NCBI GenBank assembly: GCA_046728115.1
Contig: JBKPDW010000049.1
Span: 4,482-68,481 of the forward strand
Origin: Acidobacteriota bacterium
GTDB taxonomy: Bacteria > Acidobacteriota > Vicinamibacteria > Vicinamibacterales > CAVVIG01
Length of the DNA: 64,000 nucleotides
Reading direction: 5' to 3'
Numbering within the stretch: position 1 is the first letter of the stretch; the number at the start of each line of letters is the position of its first letter. The notes beneath the pieces were generated by a model. That model had not been told where the DNA came from. It ran no database searches and worked only from the letters and a program-made list of their open reading frames with translations. This document shows, piece after piece, positions 34,990-43,879 of the stretch. Position numbers and translations under genes: made by a program.

Positions 34990-34991
34990 TT

Positions 34992-35756
34992 ATGATTGAG
35001 CTCTCGCATCGCGACAACATCACCGTCCTGACGATGGCGCACGGGAAGGCCAACGCGATCGACATCGAGTTCACCGAAGCGCTGAAGCGCGCCTTCGACG
35101 ACTGCAGCCGATCGAATAGGAAGGCGATGGTCATCACCGCGCGCGGCTCGATATTTTCGGCTGGCGTCGACTTGCTCCGCGCGTTGCGAGGCGGGGCGTC
35201 CTACCTCCGGACCTTTCTCCCGGCCTTGTGCCGTACGTTCGAGACGGCGTTTGCGTTTCCCAAGCCGCTCGTTGCCGCGGTGAACGGCCATGCGTTCGCG
35301 GGCGGCTGCATTCTCGCGTGCGCCGCCGATCGGCGCCTGATGGCGCAGGGCCAGGGACGGATCGGCGTGCCGGAACTGCTCGTCGGCGTCCCGTTCCCGA
35401 CGGTCGCGTTCGAGATCATGCGGTCGGCCGTTCCGCCTCCGCATCTCCAGACGTTGGTCTACTCGGGGGCAGCCGTCACGGGCGACGCAGCGTTGCAACA
35501 CGGCCTCGTGGACGCGGTCGTCGACGCGGACCGGTTGCTGGACGAGGCCATCCGGGCGGCGTCGGCGATGGCTGCGCTGCCGTCAGGCGCGTTTGCAGTG
35601 GCCAAACAGCAGCTTCGCGCGCCGGCGTTCGAACGGATTCGCGAAGCCAAGGATCGAGTGGAGCCCACCATCCAGCAAATGTGGGAAGCGCCCGAAACGC
35701 TCGAAGCCATCGATCGCTACGTGGAACGCACGCTCAGGAAGCGCGAGGCGCTCTGA
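34992..35756 (+). CDS. enoyl-CoA hydratase/isomerase (crotonase) family protein
   Basis: ...ANAIDIEFTEALKRAFDDC...VITARGSIFSAGVDL...PKPLVAAVNGHAFAGGCILACAADRRLM... shows the crotonase oxyanion-hole motifs. Confidence 0.85.
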   Translation: MIELSHRDNITVLTMAHGKANAIDIEFTEALKRAFDDCSRSNRKAMVITARGSIFSAGVDLLRALRGGASYLRTFLPALCRTFETAFAFPKPLVAAVNGHAFAGGCILACAADRRLMAQGQGRIGVPELLVGVPFPTVAFEIMRSAVPPPHLQTLVYSGAAVTGDAALQHGLVDAVVDADRLLDEAIRAASAMAALPSGAFAVAKQQLRAPAFERIREAKDRVEPTIQQMWEAPETLEAIDRYVERTLRKREAL

Positions 35757-36842
35757 GTGCCCCGATCGTCCCCACCGATTCGTGTTCTCCTGCTTGCGTT
35801 GGTGGTCAACGCGCTGTCTGCTTCATCGATCTATTCCCAACCCGTCGTGCCGCACAGGGAGTGGGAATCGATCTCCAATCCGGAGTCGGTTGGGTTCTCA
35901 TCGAAACGGCTGGACGCGCTGCGAACGTACCTGGAGTCGCTCGATACGACCGCGATGATGGTGGTCGTAGGCGGGCGGTCGTTGTTCACGTACGGCGACC
36001 TGACGCATGTGAGCTACCTCGCATCGGGCCGCAAGAGCCTGCTGGCATTGCTCTTCGGCCGCCACGTTGAAAACGGCACGATCGATCTCGAGCAGAATCT
36101 GTCCAGCCTGAAGCTTACCGACGTCGGCGGGTTGCTGCCCTCCGAACTGAAAGCGACAATTCAACATCTGCTGACGGCGCGATCGGGCATCTATCATCCG
36201 GCCTCGAACGGCGGCGACGATCTCCTGCACGCGCCGGCCCGTGGATCCGTGCAGCCGGGTGCCCGATACCTGTACAACAACTGGGATTTCAACGCGGCCG
36301 GCGCAATCTTCGAACGGCTCACGGGTCTCGACGTCTACGAAGCGTTGGAAAACGATCTTGCGCGGCCACTCGAGATGCAGGACTTCGATCGCGCTCGCCA
36401 GGTCAAGTCGGGCAACCTCGACGTCTCGCAGTACCCGGCGTATCCAATCTGGCTGTCCACGCGCGATATGGCGCGCGTCGGCTTGTTGGCACTGCGCGGC
36501 GGCCGCTGGGGCGATCGTCAGCTCGTGCCGTCCGCGTGGATCAGGCGGACCACGACGCTGGTGTCTCCAGTCGCCGACATGGATCCGCTGTTCGACGATT
36601 CGCCGCCGACAGCGGGTCGCTGGGGATATGGCTATTTATGGTGGGTGTGGGATCCGTTCGGACCCGCGGATCCTCTGGCCGGCGCGTTCACCGCCTGGGG
36701 CATCGGCGGCCAGTACATCACGGTGGTGCCGAGGCTCGACATGGTGGTCGCGCACAAAACCGATACGGCCAATCGAAAAACCGTGTCCGCGCGGCAGTAC
36801 GAGGTCGTCCTGCGAATGTTGGCTACCGCCGCAGGGCAGTGA
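35757..36842 (+). CDS. serine hydrolase of the beta-lactamase/transpeptidase-like family
   Basis: GTG 35757 directly follows the upstream TGA. The N-terminus is signal-like. A candidate SxxK motif is SGRK (..YLASGRKSLLALL..) and a YxN-like motif is YNNWDFNAAG. Confidence 0.65.
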   Translation: MPRSSPPIRVLLLALVVNALSASSIYSQPVVPHREWESISNPESVGFSSKRLDALRTYLESLDTTAMMVVVGGRSLFTYGDLTHVSYLASGRKSLLALLFGRHVENGTIDLEQNLSSLKLTDVGGLLPSELKATIQHLLTARSGIYHPASNGGDDLLHAPARGSVQPGARYLYNNWDFNAAGAIFERLTGLDVYEALENDLARPLEMQDFDRARQVKSGNLDVSQYPAYPIWLSTRDMARVGLLALRGGRWGDRQLVPSAWIRRTTTLVSPVADMDPLFDDSPPTAGRWGYGYLWWVWDPFGPADPLAGAFTAWGIGGQYITVVPRLDMVVAHKTDTANRKTVSARQYEVVLRMLATAAGQ

Positions 36843-36934
36843 GTGTGATTCACGCGATTGCCGCGGCGCGGCTCCAACGGTCTTCCGCGCAACCAGCCGC
36901 GTCGACGCCGGCTGCGGGGATCGATTTGTTCTAT

Positions 36935-37693
36935 CTAGTGAGTGAGTCCGTAGATCATGTAATTCACGCCGAGCTTGTAGGCCTCGTTCGACGAGTCGAA
37001 CGGAAACAGCCCCTGCCCTGACCATTCCCAGTACTCCGGCACGTCGTTGTCGTAGTTCGCCACGACCATCAGCCGCTTCGACGGATCGTTGTCCTCGTAG
37101 ATGCCGTAATAACTCGGACGAATGTGCGACATGGGATGCACGATCGCGTCGATGTCCTTGATCTCGAAAAACGCATTGAAGATCCGATGTGCGTTTTCGA
37201 GCCGCAGAAAACGACCCTCCGGCAGGACGCGTCGCATCTGCGCTTCGAAATTCGACCACTGCGCCGTGCCGTCGAAGTCCTCGAAGACAGCGAACCCGCC
37301 TTTCTGCAGGTACGCGCGGAACGACTCCGCCTCGCGATCGGCGAGATTCCAGAAGCCGGGCTCCCACATGAACGCGACCGGGTACTTGAACAGCTCGGGA
37401 TCGTCGAGCGTCAGGATGCGGCTGCCGTCCAGCCGGATGTCGAGATAGGTGAGCTCACTCAGAATCTGCGACAGGTGTTGTTCAGCCCGTGGGTAGTCAT
37501 GGTTCCACGCGGAGCGAAAGCCGCCGCGCGAGAAGCTGAAATCCGACTGCCAGCGAAGCCGCACGAACGTGAAGCGCCCGTCGTACGGGATGTTCGACGG
37601 GTACGAGCCGATGAACGGCGCATCACGCTGCATCACACCGGTTTCGGCGCCGGCGAGCAGCGACGTGGTCAGGATCGCCAGCCAACGACGCAT
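36935..37693 (-). CDS. DUF4159-like secreted protein
   Basis: The signal-like N-terminus is MRRWLAILTTSLLAGA. ..FTFVRLRW...WNHDYPRAEQHLSQILSELT...KYPVAFMWEPGFWNLADREAESFRAYLQKGGFAVFEDFDG.. resembles DUF4159. This assignment is from memory of the family, not from a search. Confidence 0.55.
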   Translation of the reverse strand: MRRWLAILTTSLLAGAETGVMQRDAPFIGSYPSNIPYDGRFTFVRLRWQSDFSFSRGGFRSAWNHDYPRAEQHLSQILSELTYLDIRLDGSRILTLDDPELFKYPVAFMWEPGFWNLADREAESFRAYLQKGGFAVFEDFDGTAQWSNFEAQMRRVLPEGRFLRLENAHRIFNAFFEIKDIDAIVHPMSHIRPSYYGIYEDNDPSKRLMVVANYDNDVPEYWEWSGQGLFPFDSSNEAYKLGVNYMIYGLTH

Positions 37694-37837
37694 TCGCTGA
37701 TTATGCTAGATTCTCGACCCTGGTGAACCTCGACGTTCACAGCCGGCGGCCGGTGCGTCGGGGGCAGCCTTCGTCTTCATCGTTTCTCTTGTGCGCGCTC
37801 GCCGTGCGCTGGCGCGCGACGGCATCGGAGTACTGAC

Positions 37838-38773
37838 GTGCCCATCGTGAGCCTTCATCACGTTACCGCCACGGTCGACGATGCGCAGCCCGATCTCGAT
37901 TTCTGTCTCGACGCTCTGGGTCTGAGGCTGGTCAAGAAGACCGTCAATTTCGACAACCACTTCGTCTATCACTTCTACTACGGCGACGAGCGTGGCACGC
38001 CTGGCACGATCTGGACGACGTTCCCCTACGCCGGTCGCGGCGTGCCGGTGGGGAAGAAGGGCGCCGGCCAGGTGACTGTGACGTCGTTTTCCGTCCCGAC
38101 CGGATCGCTCGGTGCATGGCGCGCGCTGCTTGCCGGCCGCGGAATCGCCGTCAACGACATCCAGTCTCGATTCGACGAGCCCGCGATTGCCTTCTCGGAT
38201 TCGTCAGGCCTGGCGCTCGAGCTGATCGCGACCGAGCGGGACGACCGCACTGCCTGGGTTGCACGAGGGTTCGACGACGATTACGCCATTCGCGGGCTGC
38301 ACAGCGTGACGATCCTGGTGCGCGATCCCGCGAAAACCGTGGACCTCATGACCACACTCCTCGGGTACAGGATCGTCGGTGAAGCTCACGGGCGGATTCG
38401 ATTGGCCGTGAACGGCGATGAGCCAGGACATCTGGTCGACGTGATGCACGACGCCGGCGCCGCGCCTGCCGTCAACGGCCTGGGCACGGTTCACCACGTA
38501 GCAATGGCCATCACCAGCGAGCCCGAGCAGCTGGAGCTTCGCGAGAAACTCATTCAGTACGGTTGCAAGGTCACGGAGGTGCGCGACCGTTGCTACTTCA
38601 AGTCAATCTACTTCCGCGAGCCGGGCAACGTGCTCTTCGAGGTTGCGACGATGGCGCCGGGATTCACGGTCGACGAGGACCTGTCGCAGCTCGGGCGTGA
38701 TTTGAAGCTGCCGCCCTGGGAGGAACCGCATCGCAGGGAAATCGAAGGCGCACTGGAGAGGGTGAAATATTAG
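37838..38773 (+). CDS. ring-cleaving dioxygenase, two-domain VOC family (MhqO/YfiE-like)
   Basis: LHHVTATVDDAQPDLDFCLDALGLRLVKKTVNFDNHFVYHFYYGDERGTPGTIWTTFPY ... GTVHHVAMAI...VRDRCYFKSIYFREPGNVLFEVAT. Confidence 0.8.
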   Translation: MPIVSLHHVTATVDDAQPDLDFCLDALGLRLVKKTVNFDNHFVYHFYYGDERGTPGTIWTTFPYAGRGVPVGKKGAGQVTVTSFSVPTGSLGAWRALLAGRGIAVNDIQSRFDEPAIAFSDSSGLALELIATERDDRTAWVARGFDDDYAIRGLHSVTILVRDPAKTVDLMTTLLGYRIVGEAHGRIRLAVNGDEPGHLVDVMHDAGAAPAVNGLGTVHHVAMAITSEPEQLELREKLIQYGCKVTEVRDRCYFKSIYFREPGNVLFEVATMAPGFTVDEDLSQLGRDLKLPPWEEPHRREIEGALERVKY

Positions 38774-38870
38774 CGCTCTGGACCGACGAAGCGTCGAACA
38801 CGTCAAGCGCTGCGGAGCTGTGAATCGGCTGGTCAGGTTTTTGCTCCGATGGCAGCGGAGGATCCGAGAA

Positions 38871-39557
38871 ATGAAAAGTCTCTTCAGTATGCTGACCGCG
38901 GCAGGCCTAATGCTGGGCTTCACGGCTCAGGCAGCAGAGAAGCCGCCCGATCGCGTCCGCGAGGCTGTCCAGGTGCTGCGCGAGATTCACGCCGTGCCGG
39001 ACAAAGACATACCCCAGGAACTCTGGGAAAAGGCTGATTGCGCCATCGTCGTCCCCAATGTCAAGAAGGGGGCCTTCATCGTCGGCGGCGAATACGGCAA
39101 AGGCCTGATGAGCTGCCGCCAGAATGGCGCATGGGGCGCGCCGCTCTTCATGCAGCTCGAAAAGGGAAGCTGGGGCGCTCAGATCGGTGCGCAGAGTATC
39201 GATCTGGTCATGCTGGTCATGAACCGCGAAGGGATACCGAAGCTCCTGGGTAACAAGGTATCGCTGGGCGCAGAGGCCTCAGTGGCTGCGGGACCGGTTG
39301 GTCGTGATGCGCGTGCGGCCACCGACGCACAGATGAAAGCCGAGATCCTTTCCTACTCGCGAACGCAGGGTGTCTTCGCCGGGATCGACTTGTCGGGTGG
39401 CGTGTTGAAACCTGACACAGATCTCAACACGCGTTACTACGCTTCGAAGACGCCGAAGGACGTCGTGCTCGGCGGTTCCGTCCCGATTCCGAATGACCTT
39501 CGTCCGTTCACCAACGCGCTGAAGCGCGATGGCGTCGCGACGAGCGGCAAGAAGTAA
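38871..39557 (+). CDS. lipid-binding SYLF (Ysc84/DUF500) domain protein, secreted
   Basis: The signal peptide is MKSLFSMLTAAGLMLGFTAQA. CAIVVPNVKKGAFIVGGEYGKGLMSCR...WGAPLFMQLEKGSWGAQIGAQSIDLVMLVMN...LGAEASVAAGPVGRDA. Confidence 0.8.
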   Translation: MKSLFSMLTAAGLMLGFTAQAAEKPPDRVREAVQVLREIHAVPDKDIPQELWEKADCAIVVPNVKKGAFIVGGEYGKGLMSCRQNGAWGAPLFMQLEKGSWGAQIGAQSIDLVMLVMNREGIPKLLGNKVSLGAEASVAAGPVGRDARAATDAQMKAEILSYSRTQGVFAGIDLSGGVLKPDTDLNTRYYASKTPKDVVLGGSVPIPNDLRPFTNALKRDGVATSGKK

Positions 39558-39562
39558 CCGAC

Positions 39563-39592
39563 AGGGGTTAGGGTGGGCAAGCCCTAACCCCT
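39563..39592. terminator. perfect 11-bp hairpin between convergent genes
   Basis: AGGGGTTAGGG (39563-39573), loop TGGGCAAG, then CCCTAACCCCT (39582-39592). It lies 5 bp after the SYLF stop and 19 bp before the stop of the minus-strand gene. Confidence 0.65.
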
Positions 39593-39610
39593 AAGCCCTG
39601 CCTCTCGCGA

Positions 39611-41749
39611 TCAGCGTTCAGGCAATCTGAACGCGAGCAGCTCGCCGCTGTACGACGCACCGCTGATCGCCACCACGATGTACTGCTTGCCATTGTGCAC
39701 GTAGGTCATGGGCGATCCGGTTTGCGGCGCTGGCATGTAGACCGCGCCGATGTCTGCACCGTCCGCCTTGTCGTACGCGCGCAGCAGTGCGCCCCGGCCC
39801 TTGGAGGTCGTCGCAAATCCACCTTCGCCGGCAATGGCAAGCGTCTTCGTCACCAGCACACCGATGCGTCCCAGACGCCCCGTACGCGGAATGTCCAGTC
39901 CCTTCAGCGCCGGGTGATTCTTGATGTTGTCCGGCGTGTCTCCGTGCGCAATCTGCCACACGAGCGTGCCCTTGTTGAGGTCGAGCGCCGTGATTCGTCC
40001 ATATGGCGGCTTCACCAATGGCAGGCCTTGAACGTTGAGGTTTGGACCGCCCTCGCCACCGCCGCGTCCGCCGCCCCCGACTGGTGCGCCGGCCTCGCTC
40101 AACGCCGGTGCAGCGTTCGCGGCCCCGCCGCCTGTTCGTCCGCCGCCAAGTCCCCGCCCCGCCCCTGCCGCAGCCTGCTCTGAGCTTGTCGAGGGGGCCT
40201 GCCCTGAAGAGCGGCCGGCACTCGGTGCTGGCGCGTTTGGATCGCGCGCCGTGCCCGATGCGAATCCGAAATCCGACCGCGCTTGATCGGCCGGCACGAG
40301 ACCGAGCGGCGTGAGCTGCGTGTTGCTGAAGATGTAGAGCATGTTGGTTTCGGGATCGAGCGCGCCCCCTTCCCAGTTGGCTCCACCCGTTGCCGCTGGC
40401 AGCATCAGCGTGGCCAGTGGACCCGGCCACGTGCTGACGACCGGCGGCGTGAAGATCGGACCGAGCTTGTATCGCGCGGCGATCTTCTGACCTTCTGCTT
40501 TGAGCTCCGGCGTGAAGTCGATCAGGTCGTCGAGCGAGACGCCTTGACGTTCGAAGGCCGGCGGCTTGGTCACGAAGGGCTGCGTTGGCGAGTACCACTC
40601 GTTGGGCACAGTACCTTTTTCAACCGATCGCTCTTCGATCGGCCACACCGGCTTTCCGCTGGTCCGATCCAACACGTAGACCCAGCCCTGCTTCGTCGGC
40701 TGGGCGATGGCCTTGATGACGCGGCCGTCCACGGTGATATCTGCCAGGATCGGCGCGCATGGAATGTCCATGTCCCACAACCCATGGTGCACGAGCTGGT
40801 AGTGCCACTTGCGCTGGCCTGTTTTCAGATCGAGCGCCACCAGGCTCTCGCCGAACAGTCCGTTGCCGGGCCGATTGCCACCGAAGTAGTCGCCGGTCGG
40901 CAACTCCACCGGGAGGAACACCAAACCGAGTTCCTCGTCGACCGTCATCTGCGCCCACACGCCCGCATTGCCCGTGTACGCCCACGAATCCTTCATCCAC
41001 GTGTCGTTGCCGAACTCGCCAGGCGAAGGGATCGTGTGGAAAATCCACAAACGCTTGCCGGTGCGCGCGTCGTAGCCACGGATGAATCCCTTTTCGTGCG
41101 TCTTGCTCTTGGGTGAACCTCCAGGCAGATGCGCCGCGCCGACAACGATGACGTCTTTCGCGATGATCGGCGTCGCGTGCAGTCCCACTTCCCCCTCGAC
41201 GAGATCGATCGGCTGATCATCCTCCTGCTTCAAATCGACGATGCCGTTCCTGCCGAAGCCGGCGACGGGCACGCCCGTCTTGGCATCGAGCGCAACCATC
41301 TGGTAGCCCGGCGTCACGTACACGATGCGGGCGCTGCGGCCGTCGGTCCAGTATGCGAGCCCCCGTCCCGAGAGCTGCCGCGGCGCGAACTCGCCCCGCT
41401 TTCCCTCGTTTTCGCTATGCATCCACATCAGCTCGCCGGTGCCCGCGTCGAGCGCGACGACTGCCCGCCGGGTACCAGCAGTCGAGTAAACGATGCCGTC
41501 GACCATCAGCGGAGTCGACTGGAAGTTGAACTCGGGCCGGGGCCCGAGGAAGTCGGTCTTGAACCTCCACGCAACCTCGAGCGAGTTGAAATTGTCTTTG
41601 TTGATTTGATCGAGGGGAGAATAGCGGGTGCTGGCGAGGTCGCCGCCGTAGGTGGGCCACTCCCCGGATTTGGGTCTGCTTTGACCTGCAACGTCGATCG
41701 TTACCGCGACAACCGTCAATATCAGGGCGAGCAGAAACACTCTCTTCAT
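39611..41749 (-). CDS. PQQ-dependent dehydrogenase (quinoprotein glucose/alcohol dehydrogenase family beta-propeller), secreted
   Basis: The signal peptide is MKRVFLLALILTVVAVTIDVAG. GEWPTYGGDLASTRYSPLDQINKDNFNSLEVAW... shows W-motif repeats. There is a ~75-aa Gly/Ala/Arg-rich insert (about 40035-40270). Confidence 0.85.
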   Translation of the reverse strand: MKRVFLLALILTVVAVTIDVAGQSRPKSGEWPTYGGDLASTRYSPLDQINKDNFNSLEVAWRFKTDFLGPRPEFNFQSTPLMVDGIVYSTAGTRRAVVALDAGTGELMWMHSENEGKRGEFAPRQLSGRGLAYWTDGRSARIVYVTPGYQMVALDAKTGVPVAGFGRNGIVDLKQEDDQPIDLVEGEVGLHATPIIAKDVIVVGAAHLPGGSPKSKTHEKGFIRGYDARTGKRLWIFHTIPSPGEFGNDTWMKDSWAYTGNAGVWAQMTVDEELGLVFLPVELPTGDYFGGNRPGNGLFGESLVALDLKTGQRKWHYQLVHHGLWDMDIPCAPILADITVDGRVIKAIAQPTKQGWVYVLDRTSGKPVWPIEERSVEKGTVPNEWYSPTQPFVTKPPAFERQGVSLDDLIDFTPELKAEGQKIAARYKLGPIFTPPVVSTWPGPLATLMLPAATGGANWEGGALDPETNMLYIFSNTQLTPLGLVPADQARSDFGFASGTARDPNAPAPSAGRSSGQAPSTSSEQAAAGAGRGLGGGRTGGGAANAAPALSEAGAPVGGGGRGGGEGGPNLNVQGLPLVKPPYGRITALDLNKGTLVWQIAHGDTPDNIKNHPALKGLDIPRTGRLGRIGVLVTKTLAIAGEGGFATTSKGRGALLRAYDKADGADIGAVYMPAPQTGSPMTYVHNGKQYIVVAISGASYSGELLAFRLPER

Positions 41750-41843
41750 GATTGACCTCGGATCCGCCACGAAAGCACGAAGTCGCGAAAAAATAACCGG
41801 GGTTCGTGTGTTCGTGGCTTAACCACCACGCGTCTAACGGGTC

Positions 41844-42329
41844 GTGATCATATCGCGCTTCGTGCCGGCGCCAACCGGTTTCGTTCACCTCGGGCACGTC
41901 GTCAACGCCGCCTACGTGTGGGGGACTGCACATCGTCTGAACGGGCGCGTCCTGCTCCGAATCGAAGATCACGATCGTGTCCGGTGTCGTCCCGAGTACG
42001 AGGCGGCCATGCTCGAAGACCTCGAGTGGCTGCTCGGCCGCGCCGAGCCTCCGGAGTTCCTGCATCATCCGCTCATCATGAAATGGGCGACGCAGAAGCT
42101 GAGCAAGTCGGATTGCGATACAGGCATTCGCGACCTGAGGGCGAAGGACTGGACGCCCGGTCGTGTCATCGGCCGCGCCTGCGAGCTGGCCGGATTGATT
42201 TCAGAACCGGGGACGTCCCGGCTGACGAGGTGTCGTCTATTATTGGCGGCCGTAGCGCGAGCGTTTCCCCTCGATTGCGCTCACGGCCCTGAGCGCGGTC
42301 GAAGGGGCAGGCGAGCGCATGGAGCATGA
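41844..42329 (+). pseudogene. gluQ: glutamyl-Q tRNA(Asp) synthetase (GluQRS) gene with a large in-frame internal deletion
   Basis: The N-terminal part, (V)IISRFVPAPTGFVHLGHVVNAAYVWGTAHRLNGRVLLRIEDHDRVRCRPEYEAAMLEDLEWLLG, covers the HIGH region. It is joined directly to PEFLHHPLIMKWATQKLSKSDCDTGIRDLR..GRVIGRACELAGL, the KMSKS-type region. About 160 residues of the catalytic core found in full-length GluQRS (about 300 aa) are absent. Confidence 0.7.
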
Positions 42330-42332
42330 TCC

Positions 42333-43847
42333 ATGACTCGATTCTTCCGCGGTCTGTTTCTCGTTTCGCTGATTTGCGCAGAGCTCATGGCGGACGGTGC
42401 GCAAACACCACCAGACGTCCACATGTCATGCGATCAAGTCGCATCGCTCATGCTTCCCGACGTGAAGATTACCGAGAGCGTCGCCGTGCCCGCGGCATCG
42501 ACCGGCGTCCTTCGAGCGCCGCATTGCCGCGTCACGGGCGTCATCGGCACCGAGATCCGCTTCTCGCTGCTGTTGCCGGACACCTGGAACCGCAAGTTCA
42601 TGATGGGCGGTGGCGGCGGCTTCGTCGGGCGGATCGACAATCAGGCGCAGGCCTCCGTCAACGCCGGGTTCGCCACTGTCGGCACCGACACCGGGCATCA
42701 AGGCGGTCTGACCGACGCGAGCTGGGCACTCGACCATCTCGAACGTCAGGTGAACTTCGGATATCTCGCCGTGCATCGCACGGCCGAAGTCGCCAAGGCC
42801 ATCGTGCGGAGCTTTTACGGATCGCCGGCGGCGCGCGCCTATTTCTCGGGATGCTCGAACGGCGGCCGCCAGGCGCTGATGGAGGCGCAGCGATTCCCCG
42901 ACGACTTCGACGGCATCGTCGCAGGCGCGCCGGCAGCCGATTTCGTCGGCATTGCCGCGCAGTTCATCAAGGATATGCAGGCGGTGTTTCCCGATCAGAG
43001 TACGTCGCCGATGTTTCCCGCGGAAACGCTGAAGAGCATCGAAAGGCAAGTGATCGAGAAGTGCGACGCGCTCGACGGCCTCACAGACGGCCTGATGGAA
43101 GACCCGCGCCGTTGCAAACTGGACGTCGCGGCGTTGAGCGGTCTCACGGATGTGCAGCGAACGGCGTTGAAGCGCGTGTATGCCGAAACGCCTGGGAAAC
43201 CCGGCGCGACCTATCCGGCGCAGCCGGTCGGCGGCGAGGGGGAGGGTGCCGGGTGGGCGACCTGGATCACCGGTGGCGGGCAGACCACGCCTCAGGGCCC
43301 GAGCCTGCGTTACGGATTCGGAACGCAGTTCTTCAAATCGTTCGTTTTCAACGATCCGTCGTGGGATTACCACAGGTACGACACGACGAATGCGCGCAGG
43401 GACGCACGACAGGCTGCGACGATTCTGAATGCCACGAACCCCGATCTCGATGCCTTCAAGGCGAAGGGACACAAGCTCCTCATGTGGCACGGTTGGTCCG
43501 ATCCTGCGCTGACGGCGCTCGGCACGACTCAGTACTACGAAGAGGTCCAACGTCGTGATGCAGGACTGCGCGACTACTTCCGTCTGTTCATGATGCCGGG
43601 GGTGCTGCATTGCTTCGGCGGCCCTGGTCCAGACAACGCCGACTGGTCCAGCGCAATCGTGGACTGGGTGGAAAACGGAAGGGCGCCTGATCGCGTCATC
43701 GCGCGCAAGCTCGGGCCCGGCGGCGCGGTCACGCGCACGCGCCCGCTCTGTCCGTATCCACAGCATGCCGTCTACAACGGCAGCGATAGCACGGACGATG
43801 CGGGCAGCTTCGCGTGCAGGGAGCAACTGTCAGGGGTTAGGGACTAG
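42333..43847 (+). CDS. tannase/feruloyl-esterase family alpha/beta hydrolase, secreted
   Basis: The nucleophile motif is YFSGCSNGGRQALMEAQRFPDDFDGIVAGAPA, and later ..LMWHGWSDPAL... are family hallmarks. The last codons and the stop lie inside an AGGGGTTAGGGACTAGGGA repeat. Confidence 0.85.
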   Translation: MTRFFRGLFLVSLICAELMADGAQTPPDVHMSCDQVASLMLPDVKITESVAVPAASTGVLRAPHCRVTGVIGTEIRFSLLLPDTWNRKFMMGGGGGFVGRIDNQAQASVNAGFATVGTDTGHQGGLTDASWALDHLERQVNFGYLAVHRTAEVAKAIVRSFYGSPAARAYFSGCSNGGRQALMEAQRFPDDFDGIVAGAPAADFVGIAAQFIKDMQAVFPDQSTSPMFPAETLKSIERQVIEKCDALDGLTDGLMEDPRRCKLDVAALSGLTDVQRTALKRVYAETPGKPGATYPAQPVGGEGEGAGWATWITGGGQTTPQGPSLRYGFGTQFFKSFVFNDPSWDYHRYDTTNARRDARQAATILNATNPDLDAFKAKGHKLLMWHGWSDPALTALGTTQYYEEVQRRDAGLRDYFRLFMMPGVLHCFGGPGPDNADWSSAIVDWVENGRAPDRVIARKLGPGGAVTRTRPLCPYPQHAVYNGSDSTDDAGSFACREQLSGVRD

Positions 43848-43879
43848 GGATCACGTTCTCCAGAGGTAAACTAAACGCC

